This document shows positions 46,597 through 55,450 of a stretch of DNA of 60,735 nt, piece after piece. The DNA comes from Rhodothermales bacterium (GTDB lineage: Bacteria > Bacteroidota > Rhodothermia > Rhodothermales > JABDKH01), in assembly GCA_041609895.1 (NCBI GenBank), contig JBFIPX010000002.1, positions 1 to 60,735 of the forward strand, read 5' to 3'. The notes under the pieces are model-generated. The model made no database searches and had not been told where the DNA came from. It saw only the letters and a program-made list of their open reading frames with translations. The first letter of the stretch is position 1. Each line of letters opens with the position of its first letter. Position numbers and translations under genes: made by a program.

Positions 46597-47592
46597 CTAC
46601 GGCACTTCCACCGTGTCCAGAACCTGCTGGACGATGTTCTCGCTGTCGATCTCCTCGGCCTCCGCCTCGTACGTTATCGCTACCCGATGCCGAAGCACAT
46701 CCATGGCGATGGATCGCACGTCCTCGGGTGTGACATAGGCTCGATGGCGCAGAAACGCATGCGCCCGCGAAGCCAGGTTAAGGTTTATCGTTGCGCGCGG
46801 CGATGCGCCGTACTGTATGAGCCCCGACAACCCATCCAGCTTGTACTTCTCGGGCTCGCGCGATGCCATGACAAGATCGACCATGTACTGCTCGACGCGT
46901 TCATCGACGTACAGTTCGTTAATGACCTTCCTGGCAGACAGTATCTGCTGAGGCTTTACCACCGGCTTGACATCAGCGCGCTCACCCGTTCTCGCGTTCC
47001 GACGCATGATCTCCAGCTCCTCCGCGCGAGAGGGATACGAGACCTTTATCTTTAGCATGAATCGGTCCACCTGCGCCTCCGGAAGCGGGTACGTCCCCTC
47101 CTGCTCAATCGGATTCTGCGTTGCCAACACAAGAAACGGCTCTTCCAGCGGAAACGTCGATTCGCCGATCGTGACCTGCCGCTCTTGCATGCTTTCAAGC
47201 AGCGCGCTTTGCACTTTTGCGGGTGAGCGATTAATCTCGTCCGCCAGTATGATGTTCGAGAAGATCGGACCCTTCTTGATGAAGAAGTCTCCTTCCTTCT
47301 GATTATAGACGAGGGTGCCAAGCAGATCGGCGGGTAGCAAATCCGGGGTGAACTGGATTCGCTGAAAACCGGTGCCGATTGCCTTCGCCAGCGAACTCAC
47401 CGTCAAGGTCTTGGCAAGGCCTGGAACGCCCTCGAGGAGAACGTGCCCCTCACCGAGGAGCCCAATCAGCAAGCGCTCAACCATGTACCTCTGTCCAACA
47501 ACCACTTTCCCGATTTCGGATATGAGTTCGTCAACAAACTTGCTCTCGGAAGCTATGCGCTCGTTGACGGCTGCAATATCAAAATCACTCAT
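46597..47592 (-). CDS. MoxR-family AAA+ ATPase
   Basis: Motifs VVGQRYMVERLLIGLLGEGHVLLEGVPGLAKT, ILADEINRSPAKVQSALLE and ATQNPIEQEGTYPLPEAQVDRF are present. Confidence 0.93.
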   Translation of the reverse strand: MSDFDIAAVNERIASESKFVDELISEIGKVVVGQRYMVERLLIGLLGEGHVLLEGVPGLAKTLTVSSLAKAIGTGFQRIQFTPDLLPADLLGTLVYNQKEGDFFIKKGPIFSNIILADEINRSPAKVQSALLESMQERQVTIGESTFPLEEPFLVLATQNPIEQEGTYPLPEAQVDRFMLKIKVSYPSRAEELEIMRRNARTGERADVKPVVKPQQILSARKVINELYVDERVEQYMVDLVMASREPEKYKLDGLSGLIQYGASPRATINLNLASRAHAFLRHRAYVTPEDVRSIAMDVLRHRVAITYEAEAEEIDSENIVQQVLDTVEVP

Positions 47593-47641
47593 ATGGCTCT
47601 TCTGCTAGCTGTACGGGAGTCTGTGTGGGAGCAGCGACGCG

Positions 47642-48901
47642 CTATAAAAGTACGGTATTCGCACTTATTCCGAAGTGCTCTTTCAACTCGTCTTTCGCGT
47701 TATCCAGAAACGGGGGAACGAGGAACGGCTGCCCCAGCACAGCGACAACGCCCGAGAATCCAAGTGACCTGCCACCATACATTCCGGATACCGTCTGTTC
47801 TTCTACGAGTTCTACGACCTTGTCGGTTCGCTTTGCTGTACCGTGCATATCATCGCGAAGCGATGCGTGTCCCATAACCAACAGGGCTCCAAATAATTGC
47901 CAGTCACCATTGCGGGCTGCCGTCACGAGACGATGGACTCTCTGATTCTCGCGAACCACGTACCGCAGGATGGGACGCTGGCTCCGCGAGACAATCTTTT
48001 CCGCTACCTCCAGGTCCTTGTGCTCCAGGTCGCGAAGGGAGTCGAGCCCAGGAAAGTGCTTTCGCCGCAGACGCGCCAGTGTGTCGCTCAGGGACCGGCG
48101 AGCCTTCAAGACCAGCTCCGCAGCATCAACCGGTTCTCCTGTATCGACAAGACCCCAGCCTGCAGGTTCTGCCGCCGGCGTGGGAAAAGGAAGGCGGCGA
48201 CCGGTCTTCGTATCTACGAGAACGAATTGGCCGAGAGATGCGACGTCGGTTGCCACGGCATACGCGTTGGTTGGCAGCCGCCCCGTGACATCAGAGACGA
48301 TACGGGTTATGAACTGGAACGGTTCGTCCTGCGTGCGATCTGCCGGGAAGACGGCTTCGGTCGTCCTGAGGGTGGTCATGGCGAGTGCCGCCGCATAAGA
48401 TTGCTCGCAACCGGCTAAGATCGTGGAGACAATCGCGACATCAACCTGTCTTTCTGACGTTCCAGCAGCACGAATAATCTGCATGACGAGTTCGACCCAC
48501 CAGGGAACGATCTCAGTCGAACCTCGCTCGACGGCGTCCTTTGGCCTGGCCCGGGAATCGAACTCCCACGTCTCGTCGTTGCCGTCGAACACCAACTTCG
48601 ACACAGGCCCATCACTCTCCCGCAACGACACGGCAATCCCATCTCGGATTGGAAGCATCAGCGCAAAGCCGTCGACGAGCGTGGTATGGTCGGCTGCTAT
48701 TCCGAGGACTCCGTGCGAGAACGTCGATTCCGCCGGGTAGGAAGCGGGACCGAGCCTGTCGGTTAGCAGGTCTAAAGCCCGTCCAGTCAGCACCTCGGCG
48801 CTCACGGCCCGGCGCTGCTGCATACGATCGAGTGCACGAAGCAGGGGGTGGACGAAAGGCGGTGTCCATGCCCCGCCTCCCACAGGGATATCAGGCGACA
48901 T
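47642..48901 (-). CDS. Galactokinase-like GHMP-superfamily protein with degenerate nucleotide-binding motifs
   Basis: RYVVRENQRVHRLVTAARNGDWQLFGALLVMGHASLRDD aligns by eye with the galactokinase region R-x-I-T-E-N-x-R...GELM-x-x-SHASLRDD. ADHTTLVDGFALMLPI occupies the place of GEHTDYNGGFVLP. The GLSSSA and GGGFGG motifs are replaced by AGCEQSYA and SLGFSGV. Confidence 0.7.
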   Translation of the reverse strand: MSPDIPVGGGAWTPPFVHPLLRALDRMQQRRAVSAEVLTGRALDLLTDRLGPASYPAESTFSHGVLGIAADHTTLVDGFALMLPIRDGIAVSLRESDGPVSKLVFDGNDETWEFDSRARPKDAVERGSTEIVPWWVELVMQIIRAAGTSERQVDVAIVSTILAGCEQSYAAALAMTTLRTTEAVFPADRTQDEPFQFITRIVSDVTGRLPTNAYAVATDVASLGQFVLVDTKTGRRLPFPTPAAEPAGWGLVDTGEPVDAAELVLKARRSLSDTLARLRRKHFPGLDSLRDLEHKDLEVAEKIVSRSQRPILRYVVRENQRVHRLVTAARNGDWQLFGALLVMGHASLRDDMHGTAKRTDKVVELVEEQTVSGMYGGRSLGFSGVVAVLGQPFLVPPFLDNAKDELKEHFGISANTVLL

Positions 48902-49005
48902 TAGTGGATCGGCAGTTCATCAACGTTGGGGCCGGGCAGACGTGCAGCGAAACGGATACGCAAACGTTTTCATGAGCACGGCAATATAGTCTCGCGGCAT
49001 TTTAG

Positions 49006-49032
49006 TTGCGCCACTTGCGCCACTTGCGCCAC
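49006..49032. repeat. Perfect 9-bp tandem repeat (ttgcgccac x3)
   Basis: Read directly from the sequence. It lies in the 178-nt spacer between the fmt stop (49080) and the galactokinase-like start (48901). Confidence 0.9.
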
Positions 49033-49079
49033 GCAGCGGGTTGGTCCCGTTGGTGGCGATTGCGGAAGCGGCGTCAAGG

Positions 49080-50015
49080 CTACCTGGAAAACTCCATGCG
49101 GTCGCCGGGCGCAATATCGTAACCGCGCAGGAAGTCCGCGGCCGAAAGCGCACGCCGTCCCTCCTGCTGCAGCTGCACAATCTCCACCGCCTCGGTGCCA
49201 CACGCGACAATCAGCCTCTCGTCAGCCTCCACAACCTCGCCCGGGTTTCCCGTACCCTCCACCACACGAGACCGAAGGAGCTTGAGCTCCACACCATCGT
49301 GAGCAGTAAACGCTCCCGGATACGGCGACATCCCGCGGATGCGGTTGTGAACCTGCTCTGCCGATTGCGTCCATTCGATCCGTCCGTCCTCGCGAAAAAC
49401 CTTCGGCGCGGGGGTTGCCAAAGAGTCGTCCTGACGAACAGCCGGAACCTGACCCGACTCGATCAGGCGGACGGTCTCCAGAACTGCCTCCGCCCCCAAA
49501 ATCATCATCCGGTCGTGCACATCGCCGGTCGTTTCTTCGGGCCCTATGTCCATATCCCGCTGCAGGATCATGTCACCCGTGTCCACCAGCTTCTTGAGAT
49601 AGAACGTGGTGACCCCGGTCTTTGTCTCCCCCGACAGGACGGCATGGTGAATGGGTGCGGCGCCGCGAAACCTCGGCAGCAGCGACCCATGCAAATTGAA
49701 AGCGCCAAGACGCGCAGGCTCATAGACAGCAGGCGGAAGAATACGAAAGGCCACCACGACAATGATGTCTGGCTCGAGCCGGGCTATCTCCTCCGCGAAC
49801 TCCGGATCCTTCACGGATTCGGGCTGCAAGATGGTCCTGATTCCGAGTCGTTCCGCCGCTTGCTTCACGGGCGACGCGCTGACCTTACGCCCTCTGCCCT
49901 TCGGTCGGTCTGGAGCTGTGGCGACGGCAACGGGCGTGTATCCGGCTTCGGCGAGGCGTTCCAGCGAAGGAACAGCGAAGTCCGGGGTGCCCATGAAGAT
50001 GATACGGAGGCCCAT
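49080..50015 (-). CDS. fmt: Methionyl-tRNA formyltransferase
   Basis: I start it at MGLRIIFMGTPDFAVPSL (50015). Motifs NLHGSLLPRFRGAAPI and a C-terminal Fmt domain are present. The 60-codon upstream extension of the ORF crosses a terminator. Confidence 0.93.
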   Translation of the reverse strand: MGLRIIFMGTPDFAVPSLERLAEAGYTPVAVATAPDRPKGRGRKVSASPVKQAAERLGIRTILQPESVKDPEFAEEIARLEPDIIVVVAFRILPPAVYEPARLGAFNLHGSLLPRFRGAAPIHHAVLSGETKTGVTTFYLKKLVDTGDMILQRDMDIGPEETTGDVHDRMMILGAEAVLETVRLIESGQVPAVRQDDSLATPAPKVFREDGRIEWTQSAEQVHNRIRGMSPYPGAFTAHDGVELKLLRSRVVEGTGNPGEVVEADERLIVACGTEAVEIVQLQQEGRRALSAADFLRGYDIAPGDRMEFSR

Positions 50016-50053
50016 TGTCGCGTCGTGAAGAGCGGTGTAAGGACTGATGCACA

Positions 50054-50090
50054 CAAAAAAAGGATGCTCGCCAGAGCAAGCATCCCTTTT
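50054..50090 (-). terminator. Rho-independent terminator downstream of the GWxTD gene
   Basis: On the reverse strand, GGATGCT - 10-nt loop - AGCATCC is followed by TTTTTTT. It lies about 35 nt after the stop at 50125. Confidence 0.65.
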
Positions 50091-50124
50091 GCAGTGAAAG
50101 TTCGGGCAATACAGCCAGGAGGCG

Positions 50125-51453
50125 TCAACGGATTCGGGTCCTTTCGTCCCAGATCGGAATGAGAATTTCGTAATCCCCGAGGCCTGTACGGTCAACGAAG
50201 ATGAATCTCTTTCCGATGCGGTAATAGTACCAGATCTCGTATGGCTCTACGTTAAAGTTGTAGGGATGTCGTTCGATATAGTCCGGCTCGCCGAACAAGA
50301 CGACGGCCTGCCCACGATCCGTCTTCCACCCGTCGGTGAGAGTGCCGTAGCGTTCGTTCGCATGCGAGATACGGTAGTAGTACTCCTCCATGCGTTCGTT
50401 GCGTCGTGTGCCCGGAGTCGGATCGCGTCGCCTCCAGAAGTCGATGAATCGCGACAACCGTTCTGCGTCGGTCTCGCCAGCTTTCAAGTGTCGAATCTCT
50501 TTCGGCTGGGCGATGTAGATCAGCTGCGAGATCGCATCATTGATGTCTCTGATATGTTCAGCCAGGCCCTTCCAATCAATCGTAAACGTCTCGTCTGAAA
50601 CGTCCAAGACATTACCCTCACTGTCCTCGACCGTCACGCGGACCAGATACTGTCCAAGCTGCAGATCGGTGATAGGAATCGTAACGATATGCTGGCTGCG
50701 AGGTGCATCGATATAGTTTGTGTCCCCGTCCACGTACACACTCCCGCTTTTGATCGGCTCGGAACTGGCCTGCTCGCCCAAAATCGTATTGGCAGTTTGA
50801 AACACCTGCCGGGATATACGGACTGACTGCGGTCGATCGAGGTACACTTCGTACATCATCGAGAAACCGAGTCGTTCGGTCCCGAAACGGTTGGAAACGC
50901 TCGGCAGAATAATATTTCTATCGCCGTCATATTCCTCCAGTAGGAGGAGGTCACTTACGGCCGTCGGGCGGTCAAAGTCGCGAACCTTGATGGGCAGCTC
51001 ACGGACGAATGCGTCGCCCGAGGCCTCATCTACGACCGAGAGCTCCACCAGGTAGTTGCCGGGTGACAGCTCGAGCGAGTGGGTCGTCAGATCGTACAGG
51101 TCTCTACGCTCGGTGTCTGCATGATTGGCAAGCCTAAGGGTGCGATCCCAGATGGGCTTTTCAACCTTATTGCCCAGTAACCCATCCCCTCCGAGTTCGA
51201 CGATTTCAGCGCTCACCTGATAGCGAGCAACAAAGCCTCTCGGCGAAGAATTGAATTCGAGTTTCCGATATGGGACCTTGACGTAGAAGTCAACCTTGGC
51301 CTGGGCCGGATCAGCCGGTGCTTTCGTGCACACCGCCGCCACGTCGAACTCGACTGTGGCCAGCTGGCCTGCCGCTGGTCGAATTCCCGCTAGAAGCAGG
51401 AAAACAACCGTCAAAGCCGCAATTTGGAACCGTATCAGTTTGCGATACATCAT
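50125..51453 (-). CDS. GWxTD-domain protein
   Basis: I start it at MMYRKLIRFQIAALTVVFLLLAG (51453). The C-terminus carries TLTDGWKTDRGQAVVLFGEPDYIERHP, which is the GWxTD signature. Confidence 0.8.
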   Translation of the reverse strand: MMYRKLIRFQIAALTVVFLLLAGIRPAAGQLATVEFDVAAVCTKAPADPAQAKVDFYVKVPYRKLEFNSSPRGFVARYQVSAEIVELGGDGLLGNKVEKPIWDRTLRLANHADTERRDLYDLTTHSLELSPGNYLVELSVVDEASGDAFVRELPIKVRDFDRPTAVSDLLLLEEYDGDRNIILPSVSNRFGTERLGFSMMYEVYLDRPQSVRISRQVFQTANTILGEQASSEPIKSGSVYVDGDTNYIDAPRSQHIVTIPITDLQLGQYLVRVTVEDSEGNVLDVSDETFTIDWKGLAEHIRDINDAISQLIYIAQPKEIRHLKAGETDAERLSRFIDFWRRRDPTPGTRRNERMEEYYYRISHANERYGTLTDGWKTDRGQAVVLFGEPDYIERHPYNFNVEPYEIWYYYRIGKRFIFVDRTGLGDYEILIPIWDERTRIR

Positions 51454-51620
51454 CTCGGATGAATCCGCGTCATGACCAAAACACAGCCCCGAAAGCATTA
51501 GCGCCGGGGCTCACAATGGGTAATATCGCCAAATCGGGCAAGAACGAGAGGTGGGTGGACACAGACTGTACAATAAAACCCACGAATGGTACTAACGGAA
51601 GATCGAATGGCACGGCTGTT

Positions 51621-52577
51621 TCAGCCAAAAAGAGCATCGACGAAACGGCTTCGATCAAAGACCTGAAGGTCGCCGATTCCCTCGCCAACGCCGATATATT
51701 TTACGGGTATTCCGAATTCGTTTGAAATGCCAATCACGATACCCCCCTTGGCCGTGCCGTCCAATTTGGTCAGAATGAGCCCGGTTACGTCCACGCTTCG
51801 GGTAAATTCCTGTGCCTGCCGAATCGCGTTCTGACCTGTTGAAGCGTCGAGAACCAAGAGTACCTCGTGAGGCGCACCGGCAACCTGTCGATCCATGACG
51901 CGCTTGATTTTCGACAGCTCATCCATGAGACCCCCCTTCGTGTGAAGTCGACCGGCCGTGTCGATGATGACGACGTCAGCATTTCGGCTGGTGGCCGATG
52001 CCAGTGTGTCGAAAGCGACGGCGGCGGGATCGGATCCGTGCTTCTGCTTAACGAGTTCGACCTCGGCCCTTTCCGCCCACACCTCGAGCTGCTCGATAGC
52101 GGCGGCCCTGAAAGTGTCTGCAGCACCGAGCAGGACCGTGCGGCCCGCCGCCCGGTAACGGGCCGCTATCTTGCCGATGGTCGTTGTCTTTCCCACGCCG
52201 TTAACTCCTACGATCATGATGACGTGCGGGCGATTCGGAAGTGGGGCATCGAAATCCGCCGGCCTGTCCGGCGCGCTGTCCTGTAGAAGGCCGGCGATCT
52301 CGTCACGAATCAACGCTTGGAGGTCCTTGTTCGACACGTACTTGTCGCGTTCCACCCGGGCTTCGACGCGGCGGATGATGTCGACTGTGGTCTGTACGCC
52401 GACATCGCTCGTTACCAGGAGTTCCTCGAGGTCGTCAAGGACCGCGTCGTCGACCTGATCCTTTCCGCGCATGATCCGGTTGAGCTTGCCGAAGATGCTC
52501 GATCGTGTCTTCTCCAATCCCTCGGCCAGCTTCTCCTGCTCTGCGTCTGCGGCCTGTGCCTTGCTGAATAACGCCAT
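51621..52577 (-). CDS. ftsY: Signal recognition particle receptor FtsY
   Basis: SRP-GTPase motifs are present: GVNGVGKTTTIGKIA, DTAGRLH, TKLDGTAKGG. Confidence 0.95.
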   Translation of the reverse strand: MALFSKAQAADAEQEKLAEGLEKTRSSIFGKLNRIMRGKDQVDDAVLDDLEELLVTSDVGVQTTVDIIRRVEARVERDKYVSNKDLQALIRDEIAGLLQDSAPDRPADFDAPLPNRPHVIMIVGVNGVGKTTTIGKIAARYRAAGRTVLLGAADTFRAAAIEQLEVWAERAEVELVKQKHGSDPAAVAFDTLASATSRNADVVIIDTAGRLHTKGGLMDELSKIKRVMDRQVAGAPHEVLLVLDASTGQNAIRQAQEFTRSVDVTGLILTKLDGTAKGGIVIGISNEFGIPVKYIGVGEGIGDLQVFDRSRFVDALFG

Positions 52578-52697
52578 CTAGTAGCTCTCTTTATCCGGTT
52601 CCGTTGGGTTCGTCGTTCGCGTGGTGTGGTTTGCCGGGCGCTCGGAGGCGGTAACCTTTCCGCCACTCCGAAGGGAAAAGACGGGAGGTCCTCAAGC

Positions 52698-53390
52698 TTA
52701 CGCCGCTTCAATGCCGTCCGGTTCCGATTCAGCAACTACGTCGACATTCATGACGGGCAGCGGCCCCGACCGCAGCAGCCGGAAGTACCGTCTCATGTAG
52801 CGGAGATACGAATACACCAGCAGTCCTGAGGTGGTCCAGATGCAGAACGCCATCACGGGAGGATCAGCGCGGAGTAGAGCGGCGAGGACCGTGACGGCTA
52901 GCGCGGTCACCGCTACCTTACCCGACCACATGCTAACGACGATACGCCCCGTCTTCCTCGCGAGTATGAGTCCTCCCAAAAGGATGAGTACATCGCGCGC
53001 CACGAGGAGCATCACGAACCAGCCCGGCAGCCAACCCTTGATAAACAGGGCGAGAACGACTGCACCCGCACAGAGTTTGTCGACGAACGGGTCCAGAACC
53101 TTGCCCCACTCCGAGACAGTATGCGACCAGCGCGCTACCCGCCCGTCGAACCAGTCCGTGGCGATGGCAATGATTATCAGCGTGAACAGCCACGGAAGCG
53201 ATCCATCGGTGAGGATCAGGTACGTCACGACCACCACGAGTACGAGGCGGCTGAGGGTCAGTATATTGGGAAAGGTCCAGAACCGGCCTAGCCTGGGCCA
53301 GCCTCTCCCTTCCATCAATGTGTCTGTCCCGCCAGCCATTCGCGTGGTTCGATTCGTTGTTTGCTTCGAAGATACACATTGACTGCTCAT
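52698..53390 (-). CDS. CDP-alcohol phosphatidyltransferase family protein
   Basis: The motif DWFDGRVARW...GKVLDPFVDKL fits D-x2-D-G-x2-A-R...G-x3-D-x3-D. It is a multi-TM protein. The start may be an internal Met at 53339 or 53315. Confidence 0.85.
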   Translation of the reverse strand: MSSQCVSSKQTTNRTTRMAGGTDTLMEGRGWPRLGRFWTFPNILTLSRLVLVVVVTYLILTDGSLPWLFTLIIIAIATDWFDGRVARWSHTVSEWGKVLDPFVDKLCAGAVVLALFIKGWLPGWFVMLLVARDVLILLGGLILARKTGRIVVSMWSGKVAVTALAVTVLAALLRADPPVMAFCIWTTSGLLVYSYLRYMRRYFRLLRSGPLPVMNVDVVAESEPDGIEAA

Positions 53391-53427
53391 CCCTGATGAA
53401 CGTTCCAGACTGCGTGTCTCTCGGGTC

Positions 53428-54543
53428 CTGACTACGATATTCGCAATATTCTCACTGCTCCTCGTCGTTCAACTCGTCTACTGGATCAGACTGGGCGCGG
53501 GTTTTCGACGTTCGGTTTCGCGCTCGGCACAGGCGGTCGCGGGTGGAGACCCGGTCCAGGCACCTGCCGTATCCGTCGTCGTTGCAGCCAGAAACGAAGA
53601 GGCCAACCTTGACGGGCTGCTGACTTCGCTGCGAGACCAGGATTATTCTGATTTCGAGGTTATTATCGTCGATGACGCGTCAACGGACGCGAGCGAAGAT
53701 GTTGTTCGCAATCACGTGGCCGGCGATGCGCGCATCAGGCTCATTGCGGTAGAACCTGTCGAGCCGCGAAAGAAGCACGCCATCTCTGCTGGAGTCGATG
53801 CCGCGAAACATCCATTGATCGCGCTCACCGACGCCGACTGTCGTCCTTGCCGTGGCTGGCTTTGGCAGGTGATCCGGCACTACGAAGGGCAATACGTCGA
53901 CCGCATCGTGATTGGCCACGGACCGTACGATAACGAGCCCGGTGTACTGAACCGGGTGGCGAGATTCGAGAACTTCGTGACAGCGTTCCTTACGGCGGCG
54001 GCTTGCGGACTTGGTCGGCCGTACATGGCGGTCGGGCGGAACATCTCTTATCCGCGGAGACTGTTTGAACGCGTGGGCGGCCTGGCGACCACGATGCACT
54101 CACTAAGCGGCGACGACGATCTATTCTTGCAGACGGCCGTTCGGAATGGTGCTGGGGTCGTCCACATGTTCGGAGCGGACAGCTTCGTACCAAGTCCGGC
54201 GCCCGCGACGTGGGCGTCGTGGTTTCGACAGAAACACCGACATACGTCAGCGGGGAGGTACTATCCGAAAGGGGCCCAAGCGCACATTGCTGCGTTTCAG
54301 ATAAGTGGTGCGGCAATGTGGCTTGCGCCGCTGGTCGTCGGATGGATCGGCGTCGCTTGTCTACTGATACGGCTCGCTGTACAGCACTTGGTGTTGCGGC
54401 ATGCCGCGACTCATCTTCAAGAGAAAGATTTGATGGCGCTACATCCAGTGTGGGACCTAACCTATGCCCTCTACAACGTGCTTATTGCTCCGGCCGGTTT
54501 GCTTTTCAGGCCGCGGCGGTGGCGGACGGGACACGACCGGTGA
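53428..54543 (+). CDS. Family 2 glycosyltransferase (start codon unresolved)
   Basis: The ORF track starts at the GTG at 53716. However, the same frame is open from 53383 and encodes a TM helix plus the GT2 hallmark VSVVVAARNEEANLDGLLTSLRDQDYSDFEVIIVDDASTDAS upstream of that GTG. 53428 is a CTG, so the true start is uncertain. Confidence 0.75.
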   Translation: MTTIFAIFSLLLVVQLVYWIRLGAGFRRSVSRSAQAVAGGDPVQAPAVSVVVAARNEEANLDGLLTSLRDQDYSDFEVIIVDDASTDASEDVVRNHVAGDARIRLIAVEPVEPRKKHAISAGVDAAKHPLIALTDADCRPCRGWLWQVIRHYEGQYVDRIVIGHGPYDNEPGVLNRVARFENFVTAFLTAAACGLGRPYMAVGRNISYPRRLFERVGGLATTMHSLSGDDDLFLQTAVRNGAGVVHMFGADSFVPSPAPATWASWFRQKHRHTSAGRYYPKGAQAHIAAFQISGAAMWLAPLVVGWIGVACLLIRLAVQHLVLRHAATHLQEKDLMALHPVWDLTYALYNVLIAPAGLLFRPRRWRTGHDR

Positions 54544-54604
54544 AAACCCTCCTTGGTCCTGCGGGCGAATCGTTTGGCAGCGCGCGCCTACTACGTTCGT
54601 GCCG

Positions 54605-55450
54605 CTATCCTTTCACCGCGCCGAGCGTCAACCCCGAAATCAGAAATCTGCTGAGCACAAGGAATAGCACGACGACAGGCACGGATACCAGAAGTGACCC
54701 TGCTGCATACAAACCCCACTGCGTCTGCATGCTGCCCTGAAACATCTTCAGACCCAGCGGCAGGGTATACAACTCGGTGTCCTGCAGGACGACGTTAGCC
54801 ACGACATACTCGTTCCACGCAGTCATGAACGAGAACAGCGCTGTTATCACGAGCGCCGGCGCCGCGAGAGGGAAAATCACCTTTCGAAAAGTTTGCCAGG
54901 GAGTTGCACCGTCGATTCGCGCGGCCTCTTCGAGGGCGAACGGAATCGTGTCGTAGTAACCCTTCATCTGCCAGACGCAAAACGGCAGTGCTGTCGCGGT
55001 ATAGATGATTACGATTCCCAGGTACGAGTTTAGCAGTTGGAGTTTGATCAGCACGACATACAGAGGCAACAGCAGCATCGTGGCAGGAAACATCTGCGTA
55101 ACCAGCAAGCCACTCAGCATGGCACCTTTGCCGGCAAACTTGTATCGCGACAGACCATAGCCCGCCGTAGACGCAAAGGCTACCCCCGTTACCGTCACGA
55201 CAAACGAGACCAATAGCGAGTTCAACATCCACCGGAGAAACTGTGTCTCGGTAAGAAGGTGAACGTAATTGCGCAGCGAAGCCCCATCCGGAATGATTGC
55301 CAAGGACGTCGAAAGAAGCTGATCCCCCGGCCGCAGCGAGATGGTCACAATGCGTGAAACAGGATAGATCGATATGGCCGCAAAGATGATCAGCACCGCG
55401 TAGGTACCGATGATCCCGCCGAGCCGCTTTGCGTTGGCGTTTTTGTTCAT
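54605..55450 (-). CDS. Carbohydrate ABC transporter permease (MalG-like)
   Basis: I start it at MNKNANAKRLGG (55450), overlapping the upstream stop by 1 nt. The EAA-type loop is LEEAARIDGATPWQTFRKVIFPL. Confidence 0.9.
   Translation of the reverse strand: MNKNANAKRLGGIIGTYAVLIIFAAISIYPVSRIVTISLRPGDQLLSTSLAIIPDGASLRNYVHLLTETQFLRWMLNSLLVSFVVTVTGVAFASTAGYGLSRYKFAGKGAMLSGLLVTQMFPATMLLLPLYVVLIKLQLLNSYLGIVIIYTATALPFCVWQMKGYYDTIPFALEEAARIDGATPWQTFRKVIFPLAAPALVITALFSFMTAWNEYVVANVVLQDTELYTLPLGLKMFQGSMQTQWGLYAAGSLLVSVPVVVLFLVLSRFLISGLTLGAVKG

Noticed and set aside
49041-50162. 373-aa + strand ORF covering fmt.
   Set aside because: It is antisense to fmt, whose reverse-strand frame has the formyltransferase motifs. 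The ORF also runs across the reverse-strand terminator hairpin.
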